Shown here: one piece after another, positions 13,253 through 31,033 of the stretch
Layout: each line of letters starts with the position of its first letter
Numbering within the stretch: the stretch's first letter is position 1
Source: the human T2T-CHM13v2.0 reference genome, Homo sapiens
Assembly (NCBI GenBank): GCA_009914755.4
Contig: CP068257.2
Coordinates: forward strand, 15,712,001 to 15,776,000
Length of the DNA: 64,000 nucleotides
Direction of reading: 5' to 3'
Notes under the pieces: generated by a model
Told to the model about the DNA's origin: nothing
Database searches by the model: none
The model's input: the letters and a program-made list of their open reading frames with translations, nothing else
Made by a program: the position numbers and the translations under genes

Positions 13253-13949
13253 CAGGTAACTTTTAGACATGTGTTGGGAACTCAGGCTTACCACACCTGA
13301 TGAAGTAGGAAGCAAAGCCTGTGCTCAGAGTGGAAAACCAGGAGTGGCCCGGCCGTGATGGCAGTTTGGGGTTTCCACCTAGAGGTTGCTAAACAGGCTT
13401 AGCAGCATCACAGAGAGAACTGGTCACATGGCTTGTAGCCACATAGTTTGAGCCCCACTGCAAAATGAAAAGCAAAGTTCCTTACTGATAAATTATTAAG
13501 AATTTCAAAACAACGAAGGCACAGCAGTGAAACAATTATAAGCACAAGGTCCTTCCCCATGTGGAGCCTCGTGAGACTACACAGGTCACATGGCCATGAA
13601 GCTGGCCCTGATGAGAAGTCACAGGTAAAAATATTCTATAAATATATGCTGGTGGCAGGAATTAGAGTATGCCACTCCAAAATATACCACTTTATCATAA
13701 GGATTATTTTGAGCTGAAGATAATTAAGCAATAGCAGGTGCAGGAAAAGCTCTCTGCCTTCCTCCTTTCTGTCTAAAAGCAGGGTGTAAATTTCCCTTTG
13801 TAAAGGCAATGTAAATATCCATTTATAAAAGTGTCTCCCCCTCCCACACCAGGAAGAGAAGGATGCTGTTAATCACCAGAGACAACTCTTATCAATGGAG
13901 AAGGCAACAACTGGAGGCTGTGTAACAACTCTTGCTAAATAACTCTGCT

Positions 13950-14291
13950 GTGGTCTGAAAGTTTTTGTCCCCCCAAAATTTATCTGTTGAAATTCAAATT
14001 CCTAAGGTGATGGTGTTAGATTATTAGGTCATGAGGTCGGATCCCTCATGAATGGAAATAATGCCCTTACAAGGAAACCCCAGAAAGCGCATTCACTCTT
14101 TCCTCCACGTGAGGTTACAGTGAGAAAACAGCCATTGTTAACCAGGACGTGAGCCTTCACCAGACATCAAATCTGCCAGCACCTTGATCTTAAACTTCTC
14201 AGCCTCCGGAACTGTAAGAATAAATTGCTGTTGTTTATAAGCTACCCAGTTTATGGCATTTTTGTTATAACAGCCCAAACAGGCTAAGACA
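13950..14291 (+). mobile_element. MaLR-type LTR, same subfamily as 8562-8908
   Basis: Begins gtctgaaagtttttgtccccccaaaatttatctgttgaaattc and ends gtttataagctacccagtttatggcatttttgttataacagcccaaacaggctaagacaa. Confidence 0.65.
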
Positions 14292-15747
14292 ACCCTTATC
14301 TTCCATCAATTTCCCTTATATATTTACCTCTCCAAAACTTAACTCCCTTAGAAAACTAAGCCCCCTGTTCCTTTGTCTAATTACTTCTCCATGATTTATT
14401 ACTCTTTGTAAAAATGACATAGAACCTCCCATGTCTAACCAGTTCTTTGGGTTTTCTCTCCTCTTCTGTGAAGCCATGCATGTTTACATGTAACAAACCT
14501 TCTCTCCTGTTAAGCTGTCTTCTGTCACTTTAATTTACAGAGCCTCATTCAGTGAACCTAAGAAAATAGAAAAAAAAAAAAAAGCATTCCCACGCTGGCA
14601 TCACATACCAGATTTCTGATTCACTCTGCTACTTCTAACCAAAATCTTTCTCTATGAGGAAGAAGAGAAACGGGTAGTGACTACTTTCCTCTAATCACAT
14701 GCAGTTTTCCATCTCTTCATTTTGTAGCTAAGTGAAACAATTATTCTCCTCTTTCCATAATGGAGAATATTGATCTTATTTCTCAGCAAGCCTTGCTCAT
14801 TATGCCAAATTCTTTTGTCAAATTACTTTATAGTAATAATATCAGATAAATTATCAGCTTGAAAATTGACTCTACTTCTTAAAACAGAGACCACATTTTT
14901 TAACAAAACAAAATTATTTCATTGAGGAGATTAGAGAATATCATTATAGGACAATAGAGAAAAGTTATTCCTGTAAAGGAATTCTGAAACTAGCCAATTT
15001 TATTTGTCCACATAGAGGCTGAAGGAGTTTCAAGTTACAGTGTTTAAATATTTCAGAACAGTTTTTAAATTATATCTTGATTTCAGAAAATTAAAATTTA
15101 ATCAAGGTGTTTCCTTCCAGTATCTCATTTTCTTCCCCCAAATTTTAGTGTTTTTCAACTAGAGCCCTGTTTCAATTATTAATCAGAAATATTTGTTTTA
15201 AAACTAATGAGATAATTACATATTTGCTTAAATACTTAAGCAACCTGACTTGTGTATATAACTCTTATAATTATTTTCATTGCTCATGAACTCTCAAGAT
15301 ACTGAGTGTACCTGCCGGTTATGTTTTCAAATACGTTTGTATTAGACTAGCTGAAACTATTTTAACAATGTTTGTAGAGATTTTGTGGCAGCCAGAATGC
15401 ACCTGAAGAAACATTTTTAAGATAGATAAAATTGTACAGAGAAAAAGAAGCAGGTAGTATCTTCTAGTCCTCCCTCTCAAGAAAATTTACTAGCACAAAT
15501 GTACCATTTGCAAAAATCTGTTGATGTAAACTAGAACACTTTGGTTGTACCTCATTTTTTCCCCTGGAACTGTAAAACAGTCGATGGAGTTAAGCTTGGA
15601 TCAAACTTTGAGCCTGCAAATTATTATGACTATGCTTTGAACAATCTGTCAAAATCTCTGAGTCTGTTTCTTCATTGGTGCAATAAAAGTTATAATTTCT
15701 GAAATGATTATAGAAGCACCTTAGAAAATTGAAAGCATTATGAAAAA

Positions 15748-15780
15748 AGAAGAAGAAGAAGAAGAAGCTGCTGCTATTCA
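15748..15780. repeat. (GAA)n then (GCT)3
   Basis: The sequence reads gaagaagaagaagaagaagaagctgctgct. Confidence 0.7.
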
Positions 15781-16365
15781 TGTCACTCTATGTTCTAATA
15801 CTAACTTCATTATAATGAAGGGAGTGGACTTAGACATATAACCTCCCTGAGCCACAGTTTTCAGTAATAATAAGTACATAATAACGGTAATAATAATAAC
15901 AACAATAACACCTACAGGGTTTAGATGAAGATCAAATGAGATTATATCAACTGTTAATATGCAGTTAGACAAATGGATGGATAGAGAAAGAGACAGACAG
16001 ACAATAGAAATATGCTGTGGGAACATACTTTGTCCTCTCAGAAGTCCCCAGTGTAATAGAAGACATAATGTAGATACATAAATAATCGTAGCATGTGGAA
16101 GGCTATAACTGTCAAAAAAGTCGTATATTAGAACACTTCTGATTTCTTCTTAGCCATTCAAACATTGTGTTCTGACCAATTTTGCCTTCAGAAAAAGAAA
16201 TATTACCAGTCATCATTGTTAGACAAAAGCAGGACCAGCTACAAAATTTGTGGGACCTGGTACTAATAAAAATGCAGATCTCCTTGTTAAAATGATTAGC
16301 AGTTTCAAAACAGTGACAGTTGAGCACTAAGCCAAGTGCAGGGACCCTTTAAACACAGAGCACTG

Positions 16366-18951
16366 TAGGTATCAGTGATTGAAGATCAAATTATTGAAAT
16401 AAAGTGAGAAGACAAGATCAGAGAAAAAAAGTAAGAAGAAATGAACAAAGCCTCCAAGAAACATGGGACTATGTGAAAAGACCAAATCTACGTTTGATTG
16501 GCATACCTAAAAGTGATGGGGAGAATGGAACCAAGTTGGAAAACACTCTTTAGGATATTATCCAGGAGAACTTCCCCAACCTAGCAAGGCAGGCCAACAT
16601 TCAAATTCAGGAAATACAGAGAACACCACAAAGATACTCCTCAAGAAGAGCAACCACAAGACACATAATCATCAGATTCACCAAGGTTGAAATGAGGGGA
16701 AAAATGTTAAGGGCAGCCAGAGAGAAAGGTCAGGTTACCAACAAAGGGAAGCCCATCAGACTAACAGTGGATCTCTCTGCAGGAACTCCACAAGCCAGAA
16801 GAGAGTGGGGGCCAATATTCAACATTCTTAAAGAAAACAATTTTCAACCCAGAATTTCATATCCAGCCAAGATAAGCTTCGTAAGTGAAGGAGAAATAAA
16901 ATCCTTTACAGACAAGCAAATGCTGAGAGATTTTGTCACCACCAGGCCTGTCTTATAAGAGCTCCTGAAGGAAGCACTAAACGTGGAAAGGAACAACCGG
17001 TACCAGCCACTGCAAAAACATGCCAAATTGTAAAGACCATCAATGCTATAAAGAAACTGCATCAATTAACGGGCAAAATAACCAGCTAACATGATAATGA
17101 CAGGATCAAATTCACAAATAACATTATTAACCTTAAATGTAAACGGGCTAAATGCCCCCAGTTAAAAGACACAGACCGGCAAATTGGATAAAGAGTCAAG
17201 ACCCGTCAGTGTGCTGTGTTTGGGAGATCCATCTCACATACAGAGACTCACATAGGCTAAAAACAAAGGGATGGAGGAAGATCTACCAAGCAAATGGAAA
17301 GCAAAAAAAAGCAGGAGTTGCAATCCTAGTCTCTGATAAAACAGACTTTAAACAAACAAAGATCAAAGGAGACAAAGAAGGCCATTACATAATGGTAAAG
17401 GGATCAATTCAATAAGAAGAGCTAACTATCCTAAATATATATGCACCCAATACAGGAGCACCGAGATTTATAAAGCAAGTCCTTAGAGACCTACAAAGAG
17501 ACACACAATAATAATGGGAGACTTTAACACCCCACTCTCAATATTAGACAGATCAACGAGACAGAAGATTAACAAGGATATCCAGGACTTGAACTCAGCT
17601 CTGGACCAAGCGGACCTAATAGACACCTATAGAACTCTCCACCCAAAATCAACAGAATATACATTTTTCTCAGCACCACATCACACTTATTCTAAAATTG
17701 ACCACATAATTGGAAGTAAAGCACTCCTCAGCAAATGTAAAAGAACAGAAATCACAACAAACTGTCTCTCAGACCACAGTGCAATCAAATTAGAACTCAG
17801 AATTAAGAAACTCACTCAAAACCACACAACTACATGGAAACTGAACAACCTGCTCCTGAATGACTACTGGGAAAATAACAAAATGAAGGCAGAAATAAAG
17901 ATGTTCTTTGAAACCAATGAGAACAAAGACACAACATACCAGAATCTCTGGGATGCATTTAAAGTAGTCTGTAGAGGGAAATTTTTGGCACTAAATGCCC
18001 ACAAGAGAAAGCAGGAAAGATCTAAATCAACACCCTAACATCACAACTAAAAGACTAGAGAAGCAAGAGCAAACATGTTCAAAGGCTAGCAGAAGGCAAG
18101 AAATAACTAAGATCAGAGCAGAACTGAAAGAGACAGACACAAACAACCCTTCAAAAAATCAGTGAATCCAGGAGCTGGTTTTTTGAAAAGACCAACAAAA
18201 TTGATAGACTGCCAGCAAGACTAATAAAGAAGAAAAGAGAGAAGAATCAAATAAACGCAATAAAAAAAAGATAAAGGGGATGTCACCACCAATCCCACAG
18301 AAATACAAACTACCATCAGAGAATACTATAAACACCTCTACGCAAATAAACTAGAAAATCTAGAAGAAATGGATAAACTCCTGGACACAAACACCCTCCC
18401 AAGACTAAACCAGGAAGAAGTTTAATCTCCGAATAGACTAATAACATGATCTGAAATTGAGGCAATAATTAATAGTCTACCAACCAAAAAAAGTCCAGGA
18501 CCGGACAGATTCACAAACGAATTCTACCAGAGGTACAAAGAGGAACTGGTACGATTCCTTCTGAAACAATTCCAAACAATAGAAAAAGAGGGAATCCTGC
18601 CTAACTCATTTTATGAGGCCAGCATCATCCTGATACCAAAGCCTGGCAGAGACACAACAAAAAAAGAGAATTTTAGACCAATATCCCTGACGAACATTCA
18701 TGTGAAAATCCTCAATAAAATACCAGCAAACCAAATCCAGCAGCACATCAAAAAGCTTATCCATCACGATCAAGTTGGCTTAATCCCTGGGATGCAAGGC
18801 TTGTTCAACATATGCAAATCAATAAACATAATCCATCACATAAACAAAACCAATGACAAAAACGACATGATTATCTCAATAGATGCAGAAAAGGTCTTAG
18901 ATAAAATTCAACAGCACTTCATGCTAAAAACTCTCAATAAACTAGGTATTG
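16366..18951 (+). mobile_element. Older L1PA-type LINE-1, 5' portion (ORF1 C-terminus plus ORF2 N-terminal half), 5'-truncated, host of the nested insertion
   Basis: Starts ggtatcagtgattgaagatcaaattattgaaataaagtgagaag, which corresponds to L1 ORF1 codons for SAMEDEMNEMKREG. The ORF fragments translate to L1 ORF1p and ORF2p segments (MRGKMLRAAREKGQVTNKGKPIRLT..., [22 protein letters not shown]..., ...[28 protein letters not shown]) and carry several frameshifts and stops. The segment stops abruptly at LNKLGI where the young L1 begins. Confidence 0.85.
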
Positions 18952-18960
18952 GGCTTCCAG

Positions 18961-19864
18961 GGGGAGGAGCCAAGATGGCCGAATAGGAACAGCTCTGGTC
19001 TACAGCTCCCAGCGTGAGCGACGCAGAAGACGGGTGATTTCTGCATTTCCATCTGAGGTACCGGGTTCACCTCACTAGGGAGTGCCAGGCAGTGGGCGCA
19101 GGCCAGTGGGTGCGCGCACCGTGGGCGAGCCGAAGCAGGGCGAGGCATTGCCTCACCTGGGAAGCGCCAGGGGTCAGGGAGTTCCCTTTCCGAGTCAAGG
19201 AAAGGGGTGACCGACGCACCTAGAAAATCGGGTCACTCCCACCCGAATATTGCGCTTTTCAGACCGGCTTAAAAAATGGCGCACCACGAGACTATATCCC
19301 ACACCTGGCTTGGAGGGTCCTACGCCCACGGAATCTCACTGATTGCTAGCACAGCAGTCTGAGATCAAACTGCAAGGTGGCAGCGAGGCTGGGGGATGGG
19401 CGCCCGCCATTGCCCAGGCTTGCTTAGGTAAACAAAGCAGCCGGGAAGCTCGAACTGGGTGGAGCCCACCACAGCTCAAGAAGGCCTGCCTGCCTCTGTA
19501 GGCTCCACCTCTGGGGGCAGGGCACAGACAAACAAAAAGACAGCAGTAACCTCTGCAGACTTAAATGTCCCTGTCTGACAGCTTTGAAGAGAGCAGTGGT
19601 TCTCCCAGCACACAGCTGGAGATCTGAGAACGGGCAGACTGCCTCCTCAAGTGGGTCCCTGACCCCTGACCCCCGAGCAGCCTAACTGGGAGGCACCCCC
19701 CAGCAGGGGCACACTGACACTCACACGGCAGGGTATTCCAACAGAACTGCAGCTGAGGGTCCTGTCTGTTAGAAGGAAAACTAACAAACAGAAAGGACAC
19801 CCACACCGAAAACCCATCTATACATCACCATCATCAAAGGCCAAAAGTAGATAAAACCACAAAG
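18961..19864 (+). promoter_or_regulatory. L1 5'UTR with internal sense promoter and antisense-promoter region (CpG-rich)
   Basis: This is the only CpG-dense stretch in the window. It matches the L1PA 5'UTR consensus throughout, for example ccgtgggcgagccgaagcagggcgaggcattgcctcacctgggaagcgc. Promoter function is inferred from established L1 biology and is not shown by the sequence. Confidence 0.6.
19195..19410 (-). pseudogene. ORF0: L1 antisense ORF0 remnant, truncated after 24 codons by CGA>TGA
   Basis: The antisense ATG (plus-strand cat) is at 19408-19410, corresponding to 5'UTR position about 452. Reading antisense gives MAGAHPPASLPPCSLISDCCASNQ followed by TGA. The stop arises from plus-strand tca at 19336-19338, where the L1 consensus has tcg. 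A consensus-like sequence would read on to 71 aa. Confidence 0.55.
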
Positions 19865-20881
19865 ATGAGGAAAAAACAGAACAGAAAAACTGGAAACTCT
19901 AAAACGCAGAGCGCCTCTCCTCCTCCAAAGGAATGCAGTTCCTCACCAGCAACGGAACAAAGCTGGATGGAGAATGATTCTGACGAGCTGAGAGAAGAAG
20001 GCTTCAGACGATCAAATTACTCTGAGCTATGGGAGGACATTCAAACCAAAGGCAAAGAAGTTGAAAACTTTGAAAAAAATTTAGAAGAATGTATAACTAG
20101 AATAACCAATACAGAGAAGTGCTTAAAGGAGCTGATGGAGCTGAAAACCAAGGCTCGAGAACTACATGAAGAATGCAGAAGCCTCAGGAGCCGATGCGAT
20201 CAACTGGAAGAAAGGGTATCAGCAATGGAAGATGAAATGAATGAAATGAAGCGAGAAGGGAAGTTTAGAGAAAAAAGAATAAAAAGAAATGAGCAAAGCC
20301 TCCAAGAAATATGGGACTATGTGAAAAGACCAAATCTACATCTGATTGGTGTACCTGAAAGTGATGCAGAGAATGGAACCAAGTTGGAAAACACTCTGCA
20401 GGATATTATCCAGGAGAACTTCCCCAATCTAGCAAGGCAGGCCAACGTTCAGATTCAGGAAATACAGAGAACGCCACAAAGATACTCCTCGAGAAGAGCA
20501 ACTCCAAGACACATAATTGTCAGATTCACCAAAGTTGAAATGAAGGAAAAAATGTTAAGGGCAGCCAGAGAGAAAGGTTGGGTTACCCTCAAAGGGAAGC
20601 CCATCAGACTAACAGCGGATCTCTCGGCAGAAACCCTACAAGCCAGAAGAGAGTGGGGGCCAATATTCAACATTCTTAAAGAAAAGAATTTTCAACCCAG
20701 AATTTCATATCCAGCCAAACTAAGCTTCATAAGTGAAGGAGAAATAAAATACTTTACAGACAAGCAAATGCTGAGAGATTTTGTCACCACCAGGCCTGCC
20801 CTAAAAGAGCTCTTGAAGGAAGCGCTAAACATGGAAAGGAACAACCAGTACCAGCCGCTGCAAAATCATGCCAAAATGTAA
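19865..20881 (+). CDS. ORF1: L1 ORF1p, intact 338-aa ORF (RNA-binding chaperone with coiled-coil, RRM and CTD)
   Basis: The ORF track shows a 338-aa ORF, MRKKQNRKTGNSKTQSASPPPKECSSSPATEQSWMEND...NHAKM, colinear with L1HS ORF1p. I count about 10 amino-acid differences from memory of the consensus, e.g. NNQYQ versus NNRYQ. There is no internal stop. Confidence 0.9.
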   Translation: MRKKQNRKTGNSKTQSASPPPKECSSSPATEQSWMENDSDELREEGFRRSNYSELWEDIQTKGKEVENFEKNLEECITRITNTEKCLKELMELKTKARELHEECRSLRSRCDQLEERVSAMEDEMNEMKREGKFREKRIKRNEQSLQEIWDYVKRPNLHLIGVPESDAENGTKLENTLQDIIQENFPNLARQANVQIQEIQRTPQRYSSRRATPRHIIVRFTKVEMKEKMLRAAREKGWVTLKGKPIRLTADLSAETLQARREWGPIFNILKEKNFQPRISYPAKLSFISEGEIKYFTDKQMLRDFVTTRPALKELLKEALNMERNNQYQPLQNHAKM

Positions 20882-20917
20882 AGACCATCGAGACTAGGAA
20901 GAAACTGCATCAACTAA

Positions 20918-24771
<3,854 letters not shown>

Positions 24772-24884
24772 ACAATGAGATCACATGGACACAGGAAGGG
24801 GAATATCACACTCTGGGGACTGTGGTGGGGAGGGGGGAGGGGGAGGGAAAGAAAAAATAAATAAATAAATAAATAAATAAATAA

Positions 24885-27080
<2,196 letters not shown>

Positions 27081-27129
27081 CATCTTGAAAATCTCCAATT
27101 TGTTTTCAATGTTTTCTCAGAAATTACGT

Positions 27130-27509
<380 letters not shown>

Positions 27510-27889
27510 TAATGCGTTTTCACCATCCATCATTACACTCCTTCCAGGTGATATTCTTGCCTCAATCATGTGATTCTGATAGGGTTTCCCATCACCCTCT
27601 CTCACTCCTATCACTATTTTAATGCCAGTGAGGCCCTGGCCCAGCCAATTATAAAATCCCTTTCCCTAGCCACAGTGGTCTTCTATGGACACTCTCAGAC
27701 TCTAAGTCACCCAGGGATCTTTTAATTTTGAGATTATGATTCAGTAGATGTAGGTATACCTGAGAGTCTGCATTTTTAACAAGCTCACAGATGATGTCTA
27801 TGTGGCTGATCTGTAGAGATCAAGATGTAGGTATCTCCCAGGGTGTAGGGTTGCACATTTTTTTTTTCTGTGTTTGTGGGGAGGTCTCC

Positions 27890-28455
27890 TGGATTGGCAA
27901 GAGATTTTTTTTTTTTAATTTTTTTATTCCATAGGTTTTTGGGTAGCAGGTGGTATTTGGTTACATGAGTAAGTTCTTTAGTGGTGATTTGTGAGATTTT
28001 AATGCACTCATCACCCAAGCAGTATACACTAAACCCAATTTGTAGTCTTTTATCCCTCACTCCCTTCCCACTCTTTCCCCCGAGTCCCCGAAGTCCATTG
28101 TGTCATTCTTATACCTTCACATCCTCACAGCTTAACTCCCACTTATGAGTGAGAATATGTGATGTTTGGTTTTCCATTCCTGAGTTACTTCACTTAGAAT
28201 AATAGTCTCCAATTCCATCCAGGTTGCTGTGAATGCCATTAATTCATTCCTTCTTGCGGCCGAGTAGTATTCCATGGTATATATATTCCACAGTTTCTTT
28301 ACCCACTCATTGATTGGTGGGCATTTGGGTTAGTTCCACATTTTTGCAATTGCAAATTGTGCTGTTATAAATGTGTGTGTGCAAGTATCCTTTTCATAGA
28401 ATGACTTCTTTTCCTCTGGGTAGATATAGGGTTGCACTTTAACCATACCAGTCCG
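27890..28455 (-). mobile_element. Older L1 3'-end fragment (ORF2 C-terminus plus 3'UTR), minus orientation
   Basis: Contains cccacttatgagtgagaatatgtgatgtttggttttccattcctgagttacttcacttagaataatag...gtagtattccatggtatatatattccacagtttctttacccactcattgattggtgggcatttgggttagttccacatttttgcaattgcaaattgtgctg, the reverse complement of the L1 ORF2 end. The minus ORF at 28330-28596 ends ...DTCTHTFITAQFAIAKMWN, compared with L1 ORF2 [19 protein letters not shown]. The left boundary and the 3'UTR portion are less certain. Confidence 0.6.
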
Positions 28456-30736
28456 GGTAGTCGACACAGAGGAAGCCAAGGGATGGGAAGAGAAGGCATA
28501 ATTCTGTTGTGCCTGGTACCAGTCCTGCCCCACTCCAGTTACACGGCCCAATAAGTCTGCTTTTTGTTTAAATAAGACTGAGTTGAATTTCCTCATTTAC
28601 AACCAAAAGAATTCATAGGATATAGATTTTCTTTTGATATAAGCTAAGTGTCCAAGCTGTTCTGGGCATAGCTATTCCTCATCTGTTACATTTGCAAACT
28701 ACCTTCAAGAATGATGGCTTGTGACTCATGATTATAAGAAATAACTAGGAACAGATGTAATTCCTAAATTACTTCTTACATGTTGGAAAATTCATTTTTC
28801 TATTACATTAGTTATTATCTAAGTAAAGCTAATACATTGTCTTTTAGGGTTACTTGCTGATCAATTGAGTGAAAAAAATTGTATTAATTAGAAATTTTTA
28901 TTCCCACTCTTCTGGCTTCCTGTAAGTAGATACCTATTGACTTCTCTGTAAGTGAATATACTTCTGGAACTAGGAAAACCCAACTCCAGTCTACTGTGGA
29001 GTACAGACATTTGTGAGCTAAATTCATATTTGAAATGACATGCGGATAGGTTTATGATCCTAAAATTCTACCAAGTTTATATGTTTCTACATACTACACT
29101 TATCTGTAAAAGTGTAAACCAATTGTTTTTAACTCACGTTAAAGATAAGTTGAGATCATTTTGCATTTTCAAACATTAGGGTCTCTATTAACTGCATTGT
29201 CAGTTAAAAAGGTCCTCCTCTATTCATTACTAATCAGCCTTGGAGAATAGATGGCTGGCAATTTCAAAGACAAGGTGAAGTGAACACTTGGAGAAATCTT
29301 CTTAGTGAAAAATGATTCATTGTTTTGAGAGGCAATAATGTCACAGTCCTCTGAGACAAAAAGAGAATCCTTACTACAAGAACAAATAGTAATTAGCAAA
29401 TTTGCAAAGCATGGTCGTTATCCTTTTGTTACAGCAATTTATTTTTAGTCCAAGCAACAGTTTATTAGAGCGTTCATTTTAGGAAGCTAGGATAAATTAA
29501 GACAGCAAAGCAACTTTACCAGTTCAGCTCTACAGCCCAACCTTGATATGCTTCTTCCTCCTGGAGGCCTTACCTGTTCCCTTGGGATCAAGTAAGAGGC
29601 TTTGTGAAGGTTCCCACAGCATCCTAATCCCCAACCCCCATCATTATTCTCTGAACCACACCACACTGGTTCACTTTTCTGAAAGCCTCCTTGCCTCTCT
29701 TCAACCCCTCCTCACAGTGCAGTGTTTTGCACTGTTTGTGTTTTAAATATTTGTTTATGAGATGGACAAGAAAGTTGGAAGATGCTGCATTACAGTCAAT
29801 GTAATTCACTAAATAAGGGCCACCTTATGTTTTTAAGTTGCTTGCATGGCGCTGATGCAATCTGCTTTGAGAAAATGTTATGCTTCATTGAGCTTTTTTT
29901 AATGTAATATGGAAAGGTTTTGTTTCTCCTATATGAAAAAAAAAACTACCCAATGCTGCTGAATTTGGCATTAAAAGTCATTGGTGGCGTTCTTTCATTC
30001 AAAAAAACTTCAAAAACAAAGCCATAGCGAAGGGTTTAATAGTATTGATAAAGTAAAGAACAAGTACCTTTTAAACACTGTCTCAAGGTAAAGGAAGGCA
30101 CTTTGTGTTAGTTTTTTTCTGCTATTAAATTATATCAACAGCTACCACTAGAGGGCGCTTGGCCTCTTTTTATTTTTAGTAAACCGACTGCTGCTTTGAA
30201 ATGGCACCTACTGCCTTCACATATTACTGTATCCATAAGCTGGTATTTCCATTCTTCACTGTATGTGCGAGTTACTTTATTCTTAAATGTTATATTACTC
30301 CTCACATATTTCATCTCTATAAGCCAATGATTTCGTTCATGTTTATTGAATACTAGAAAATTATAACTTTCCTCGATGGTGGTTAATTTGAAATGTATTC
30401 TTCTCCCCACTGACATACTAAGAAAAAAAAAGTTTCAATGTCAAAACGTAATAAGTTTCTACATTCAAAAAATAGATGAGAATTATTGTATATTCCTAAA
30501 AAATTAAGAGAAAAAACATTTAGCAACTATCTTTAACTTAATTACTGATGAGGTACCCAAATTTTGTCAGTGTATGGCACAGTTAGTGTCTCAGTAACTT
30601 TTTTCGCATGCTCCAAAAAAAAAAAAAAGTTCTGTTTATTACATAGTTAGGTTTATGCAACTTAAGAAGTATTTACATTCTAACAACTTACTCGCTGTTT
30701 GAAAAAATTACACACATAAACAAATGGGAAAAAAAA

Positions 30737-31033
30737 TTTTTTTTTTTGAGACAGGGTCTCACTGTGTCACCCAGGCTGGACCTAGGCTCCAGTGACCCAA
30801 GCTCACTGCAGCCTCGACCTACTGGGCTCAAGTGACCCTCCCACTTCAGCCTCCCAAGTAGCTGGGACTACAGGTGCACACCACCACTCCCTGCTAATTT
30901 TTTTTTTTTTTAATTGTAGAGTCAAGGTCTCATTATGTTGCCCAAGTTGGTCTCAAACTCCTGGGCTCAAGCCGTCCTCCCATCTTGGCCTCCTAAAGTG
31001 ATGGGATTACAGGCATGAGCCACTGTTCCTGGC
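30737..31033 (-). mobile_element. Alu SINE
   Basis: A poly-T is followed by gagacagggtctcactgtgtcacccaggctgg and ends gcatgagccactgttcctggcc. Confidence 0.9.

Noticed and set aside
17152-18986. ORFs of 87, 174 and 94 aa with L1 ORF2 similarity
   Set aside because: They are fragments of the decayed ORF2 of the older host L1, separated by frameshifts and stops. They are part of a pseudogenised transposon and not independent genes. The same applies to 25041-26853.
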